Positions 54,901 through 60,818 of a stretch of DNA of 60,818 bases are shown here, in pieces. Positions within the stretch are counted from its first letter, which is position 1, and each line of letters begins with the position of its first letter. The notes below the pieces were generated by a model. The model was not told the DNA's origin. It made no database searches and was given only the letters and a program-made list of their open reading frames with translations. Made by a program: the position numbers and the translations under genes. Origin of the DNA: Verrucomicrobiota bacterium (GTDB lineage: Bacteria; Verrucomicrobiota; Kiritimatiellia; Kiritimatiellales; Pontiellaceae); contig JBDLJW010000001.1 of the NCBI GenBank assembly GCA_039714135.1, forward strand, positions 1-60,818, given 5' to 3'.

Positions 54901-55686
54901 CTACACCGGACAACGCGTATGAACGGGATATTCCGGAAGCCCGGCAGAAAGGGCCCGCTTGAGGGCCGGGATGCCTCCGGAACCAAACTGCGCGCTATAG
55001 GCACGAATTTCCTCCTGCATAACAACGGCCTCCTCCACCCGCGCATCTTTCAATAACATTTCAAAGGCGGCATACAACTCGGGCCGCACATTGGCGGTAG
55101 CCGAAACAAATCCCGCCGCACCCTGCTGAACAGGCCCAAAGATGCCGGAGCTGCTACCAACCAAATATCGAGGGGTGTATTCCATCAACCCCAGATCCTG
55201 GGCAGAATCCTTGACGGCGAAATGCGGAACTGCCTTGAGGATCTCAGGAGTGATCGCATTGCCCGAATGCTTCGGGAAGTTGTAGAGGACAAACGGCACC
55301 TCGGCTTCGGACTCCAATTCCCGGAGGAATTCAATAATCCCCTTCGCCGGGAGCCCGGCCGGATAGATCGGCGGCAACGTCGCAACCGCATCGGCACCCA
55401 AAGTGCTCGCCCACCGCACCTCGGCCTTGCGCTGCGCCAGCTCAAGTCCACATGCGTGAAGAACAATCAATCCCGAAAAATGGCGGCGCGCCAGCTCCAT
55501 CAGCCGCCTGCGCTCCTCCGGTAGCAGCGAATAAAACTCCGCAGTCGTTCCATTCACCATAATCCTTTGAACACCATGCTTCGCCAGAAACTCCAAATGC
55601 TGAATGAACGCGCATTCATCTACCGCTCCCGACTCCGTAAACGGGGTCAATACCGGCACGACCAATCCTTTCATCTCTTCCTGCAT
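54901..55686 (-). CDS. DHDPS/NAL-family class I aldolase (substrate unknown)
   Basis: PVLTPF, NGTTAEF, PPIY, LYNFP, VKDS Schiff-base Lys. Start at 55686; 261 aa. Confidence 0.85.
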   Translation of the reverse strand: MQEEMKGLVVPVLTPFTESGAVDECAFIQHLEFLAKHGVQRIMVNGTTAEFYSLLPEERRRLMELARRHFSGLIVLHACGLELAQRKAEVRWASTLGADAVATLPPIYPAGLPAKGIIEFLRELESEAEVPFVLYNFPKHSGNAITPEILKAVPHFAVKDSAQDLGLMEYTPRYLVGSSSGIFGPVQQGAAGFVSATANVRPELYAAFEMLLKDARVEEAVVMQEEIRAYSAQFGSGGIPALKRALSAGLPEYPVHTRCPV

Positions 55687-55727
55687 GCGGCCGAATGTGC
55701 CGGTTTTGCAAAAGATTGAAAAGCCCA

Positions 55728-58319
55728 CTACCGGACAAAGTGGCAGATGACCTTCTGGTGGAGGGCGTCGGCAATGATGCGGATGCCACCTTTTTTGGCG
55801 ACGTCGGCGGTGTCGATGACGCGAACGGTGTCTTCCCATTTTCCGGCGGAGGGGACAAGATCGAGCAGCTTGTTGGGTGCCTCCTCGAAGAACGCGGTAT
55901 TGAGATGGTTCTGGCCCTTGTTCGGGAAGAGGGCGAGATAGAGCATTTCCATCTCGACGAGTTCGTTGAGGAAGTGGGTGCCGAGCGAAACATCGGGCAC
56001 AAGGTTGTCGTGCATGGCAACGATCTCGCAGAGGATGGAGACGGTGTTGATGTCGCTGAACGAGACGGGTATGCCGAGCGAGGGACTACTGGTCCCCCAC
56101 CGGCCGGGACCGATGATCATAACGCATTCGGGCGCATCCTCTTTTTCGGCGCGGTTGATATCGCCGATGAGCCGGGCGATTTCGTGCCGGGTGTTGACGG
56201 GCAACTGGCCGTAGCGTTCGGGGACAATATAGATAAAGCGGTCGATCTGCCCAACACGGCTCTGCCCGACGACAGCGCCGCGCGCTTCAAGAATCCGGTC
56301 CTTGCCAGCAACCTCTACCTTGGGCAGGTCAATGGCCTCGGAACCCTGAACCTGCAGCGGGCGGCACTGGAGCAGGTTGATCCGGTAGTTCCCGTCCTCC
56401 ATATAGTTGGCGGTAAACTCAATATCGACGGGATAGTTGTAGGCGGCCTCGATGGTGTCGAGGATTTCGCGCAGATCGGCCACAAAGTCGGTCTCGCCCA
56501 GCAACTTCTCAAACGTAAGGATCTGGTTGGGCGGGGCTCCGCGCGGCTGGGTGGGGTCGAGCGAGGTGAACATGTCGACCGGCAGGTTTTCGGCATCCTG
56601 GATCACGTCGCGGAAATAGTCGGACACCTCCTGGTTGGCCTCGAGGTCGAGATAGTCGACACGGCGCTGGGTGTATTGGGCAACCTCGTCGAAGTTGGCT
56701 TCGGGGCGCTTGTCGGGCGCGTTGAGCGCAACGATGCGGGTGTAGTCGTCGTCAGCCTGATCGACCGCACGCGTGCCGAGCCCGAAGACCAGCCGGATCA
56801 CGCCGGCCTTGGGGTCGATGCTTTCGTGCCACGCATAGGGATTGAAGGAAAAGCCGACGCCGGCCATTTCGGGATAGAAGTTGCGCCCGTGCATGGTGCC
56901 GGAGACGCGCATGACGAGCAGCGCCATCTGCTCATCCTTGTCGAGCATGCCGCGGCGTGCGCGGTAGCGCAGGGCCTGCTCGCTCATCGAGCTGGCATAG
57001 ATCCGCTTCACTGCCGCCAGGAAGTCCTGCATGCGGCGTTCGCGTGGCCCTTGATTAACGCAGAACACGCTCTCGTATTTCCCGGCGAAGGAGTTGCCGA
57101 AGTTGTCTTCAAGCAGCGAACTGGAGCGCACGATGAAGGGGGACTGCCCAAAGTAGTCGAGCATCTCATCGAACTGATTCATGATGTGCTCGGGGAAGTC
57201 GCCGGTGATGATCCGGAGCCGCGCCTGCTCGGCCCCTTCCAGGAAATTTTCGGGGTCGCGCTGGTTTTGCCGCACCCACCAGATGCCGTTGCGCACGAGA
57301 AAGGTAAAGAAGGCATCGGACCCGATAAAAAAGGAGTCCTGCGCTTCAAGCAACCCGACAAAGCGGGGATTGCTCTTTTTTACAATGGACTGCGCAAGCA
57401 GCATGCCCACCGCCTTGCCGCCGATCAGGCCCGTGCCGATCATCCGCTTCCGGATATCGAGAATATCCTGGAGGGTGAAATAGCGCGCAATAAGTTTCTG
57501 CATGCTTTCATCGCGGGAGATCACCATCCGCACCAACTGTTCATAGACGGCCTTCCCTTTTTCAGGGAGATCGGGGCGGTATTCGCCCGATTTCAGGAGT
57601 TCGTGCGCCTGGAGGAACGCGGAATCCCAGAAACCGAGGCTACTATCGGAGTGCAGCCCCGACCATTTGGCGGAAGTCAGAATCTCCGAAATGACCGCGC
57701 TGGACATTACGGGAATAAACGCTTCGCCATGGCGAACATGCAGCATGTTCATAGTGGGCGAGTAGCGGTGTTGCGCCTTGATCGGCCGGACGTAGAGCTC
57801 GTCCTTGTGCCGGTAGACGTCGAGGAAAAGCTGGGTGGTATTTTGAATCGGGACAATGGCGCGCGAGGTGTGGTAGTTGCGGAACACGGCAAAATAGGTG
57901 ACCGTTTCCATATCGAAAAGATAGGGACAGGTCAGCATGAAAAAATTGCCAAGCATTTCATCGGAATACCAGTCGACCGCCAGCCGCGACAGGCAATCGA
58001 ATACATAGAATGCGCCCAACCCAGACCGTTGAATGACGCCGTGAATGGCCGCAATAAAGTTTTCGAATCCTTCTTCGGGATCGAGTTCGTGGATTTCAGC
58101 CCCCATTTCCCCCGAAACGATAGCCTCGTGCCGGGCATAGCGGAAGTAGACCAGCTTGCGACCATTCTTGACCGCAGCCTCGCAGTAGGGAGTGACGAGT
58201 TCCTGGTATTCCCCGATCGAATCGATCTGCCAGACAATGTTGTCGCCGGGCAGAATGCCCTTCAAAACCTTATCGAGCCCCGGCAACCCCGTGGTCAACC
58301 CTTCGCTTATCGCACTCAT
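55728..58319 (-). CDS. PEP/pyruvate-binding (PPDK_N, ATP-grasp) domain protein with an N-terminal degenerate KaiC/RecA-like domain
   Basis: N-terminus TTGLPGLDKVLKGILPGD and YVFDCLS; central IGGKA, IVRSSSLLED..SFAGKYES, PVDIEF, LLQCRP; C-terminal GPGRWGT and SLGTHF. Confidence 0.85.
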   Translation of the reverse strand: MSAISEGLTTGLPGLDKVLKGILPGDNIVWQIDSIGEYQELVTPYCEAAVKNGRKLVYFRYARHEAIVSGEMGAEIHELDPEEGFENFIAAIHGVIQRSGLGAFYVFDCLSRLAVDWYSDEMLGNFFMLTCPYLFDMETVTYFAVFRNYHTSRAIVPIQNTTQLFLDVYRHKDELYVRPIKAQHRYSPTMNMLHVRHGEAFIPVMSSAVISEILTSAKWSGLHSDSSLGFWDSAFLQAHELLKSGEYRPDLPEKGKAVYEQLVRMVISRDESMQKLIARYFTLQDILDIRKRMIGTGLIGGKAVGMLLAQSIVKKSNPRFVGLLEAQDSFFIGSDAFFTFLVRNGIWWVRQNQRDPENFLEGAEQARLRIITGDFPEHIMNQFDEMLDYFGQSPFIVRSSSLLEDNFGNSFAGKYESVFCVNQGPRERRMQDFLAAVKRIYASSMSEQALRYRARRGMLDKDEQMALLVMRVSGTMHGRNFYPEMAGVGFSFNPYAWHESIDPKAGVIRLVFGLGTRAVDQADDDYTRIVALNAPDKRPEANFDEVAQYTQRRVDYLDLEANQEVSDYFRDVIQDAENLPVDMFTSLDPTQPRGAPPNQILTFEKLLGETDFVADLREILDTIEAAYNYPVDIEFTANYMEDGNYRINLLQCRPLQVQGSEAIDLPKVEVAGKDRILEARGAVVGQSRVGQIDRFIYIVPERYGQLPVNTRHEIARLIGDINRAEKEDAPECVMIIGPGRWGTSSPSLGIPVSFSDINTVSILCEIVAMHDNLVPDVSLGTHFLNELVEMEMLYLALFPNKGQNHLNTAFFEEAPNKLLDLVPSAGKWEDTVRVIDTADVAKKGGIRIIADALHQKVICHFVR

Positions 58320-58358
58320 GGCATTGCTTCCTTTCGCTAAACCCCGGCTCCTGGAAAA

Positions 58359-59369
58359 TCATCGCAGGGCTGCGAGGCGATCCTTAAGTTCCGAATAGTG
58401 GAACAGGCTGTTGAAATCGACAAGGCCCGAAAGCGCGCTCGAGCGCACGCGCAATCCCGTCTCCTCGAAAATCGACATTGGATTGAGCCCGCCGATGATG
58501 ATGGCACCGACCCGCTGCGGCCCAACAGGAACACCATAGAGGCTCTGGCCGGGACTGCCAAGGCGGAGCAGGCTGCCAAGCCCGATCATTTCGAGTTGCC
58601 TGGAAGTGCTGCGCACCGCTTCGACACTGGCGGCCGGAAATTCGCGGAAGCTGGCCCCGATCCGACCGTTGCCGGTTTTGACCGCGCCTATATAGTCGGC
58701 CATGCCGCTTCGAATGAAGACGACGAGCGGATCAATGCTGGTTCCGTCGTAGTGGATGATATCGGTGAAACGGGTGGGTTCCCCGTCGCGTAGCTCGACA
58801 AGCCCGCCAAAGCGGGAAACGGTCGGTACACCGCGGCGCAGTAGCACGCCATTGAGCACAATCGAGCAAACGGTGCCAATGCCTAGCGATCCCTCGGGAA
58901 TGGTGAAGCTGCCACAGGTCTCGCCGGGCGAAAAAAGGGCGAGCAGAGTTCCCATGGAATAGCCTTTAACGAATACTTCTTCGATGAGCTTGCGGCGTTC
59001 CTCGGTTAATTCATCGACCGGAATGATGGAGACATTGACAACGACGGACCCTCGCCGCAGGACGGGATCGAAATCCATCTGATAGGCCATCGCATCGATT
59101 TTCCCGGAAAGGAGGCCAATCCCTTCGAGCACCCGGGAGGCATCAGCCTCGCACTTTCCCTTGTCGGTGATGAGCCGCCCCCGACGCCCAAGGTTTTCGG
59201 TCAGGCCTTCCTTGTCGAGCTCGTGCAGGTAGAGACGCACAGAGCGCTCGCTAATGTCGATGCCCTGACCAACAAGCAACTCGGTAATGCGCGTACTGCT
59301 GAGCACCTGCCCGCTACGACTGAGCACATCGAGAATGGCAAGTTGCTTTTTTTGCCGTTTATCCATCAT
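58359..59369 (-). CDS. NrpR-family nitrogen regulator (wHTH + DUF128/NRD)
   Basis: wHTH ISERSVRLYL..GLTENLGRRGRLITDKG; NRD-type motifs GSVVVNVS, GTVCSIVLNGVL, YDGTSIDP, G.G.IGASFREFP, IGGLNP. Confidence 0.88.
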   Translation of the reverse strand: MMDKRQKKQLAILDVLSRSGQVLSSTRITELLVGQGIDISERSVRLYLHELDKEGLTENLGRRGRLITDKGKCEADASRVLEGIGLLSGKIDAMAYQMDFDPVLRRGSVVVNVSIIPVDELTEERRKLIEEVFVKGYSMGTLLALFSPGETCGSFTIPEGSLGIGTVCSIVLNGVLLRRGVPTVSRFGGLVELRDGEPTRFTDIIHYDGTSIDPLVVFIRSGMADYIGAVKTGNGRIGASFREFPAASVEAVRSTSRQLEMIGLGSLLRLGSPGQSLYGVPVGPQRVGAIIIGGLNPMSIFEETGLRVRSSALSGLVDFNSLFHYSELKDRLAALR

Positions 59370-59384
59370 AAAAGTCCATTTTTC

Positions 59385-59398
59385 CGGCAATATTGCCG
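59385..59398. promoter_or_regulatory. Perfect 14-bp palindrome just upstream of the nrpR-like gene (candidate operator)
   Basis: CGGCAATATTGCCG. Confidence 0.55.
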
Positions 59399-59435
59399 AT
59401 AAATTATGCAGCATCAAGGTTTTTAAAAAAACATT

Positions 59436-60818
<1,383 letters not shown>

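Noticed and set aside
54901-55839. Arg/His-rich N-terminal extension of the DHDPS-like ORF, and calling it dapA
   Set aside because: The extension overlaps the upstream gene in another frame; true dapA is at 4908-5777 beside dapB.
55728-58319. Annotation as ppsA/ppdK or as a KaiC clock protein
   Set aside because: No C-terminal pyruvate-binding barrel and no Walker A motif; no kaiB nearby.
55695-58340. 881-aa plus-strand ORF
   Set aside because: Antisense shadow of the PPDK_N-domain gene; no recognisable motifs, and expected from codon bias in GC-rich DNA.

Overview
Bacterial chromosomal window, mostly housekeeping. Gene order and ribosomal protein features suggest the PVC superphylum, probably Kiritimatiellota/Verrucomicrobia-like (inference only). 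From left to right: (1) the tail of a nucleotidyltransferase-like gene and tex. (2) A minus-strand Arg/Lys biosynthesis run (argJ, argB, argD, argG, lysA, dapA, dapB) interleaved with accessory genes (nucleotidyltransferase plus an un-called 58-aa ORF, an SSB-like DUF3127 protein, a membrane NERD nuclease, DJ-1) and several different short repeat elements. (3) rplM-rpsI, a YdcF-GGDEF pair, serA, lptE, rpsT, a cation/Ca exchanger, recD2, murG-murC, efp-epmA, an SHD1-like secreted protein and an LMW phosphatase. (4) A ~27 kb minus-strand cluster running tRNA-Thr, tuf, rpmG, tRNA-Trp, secE, nusG, rplKAJL, rpoBC, rpsLG, fusA, the S10/spc genes, secY, adk, map; it lacks rpsN, rpmD and the alpha operon. 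(5) The most interesting locus: an NrpR-type (2-oxoglutarate-sensing) regulator, followed by an 863-aa degenerate-KaiC/RecA + PEP-synthase-type ATP-grasp + putative phospho-His protein and a DHDPS-family aldolase, transcribed divergently from gdhA, with candidate operators in the shared spacer. This is a plausible uncharacterised nitrogen-control phosphotransfer module. Also notable are a GTAG-REP doublet read in frame inside a GGDEF gene and an EF-Tu with a non-canonical switch I. All family assignments are from motif recognition by eye; no searches were run.
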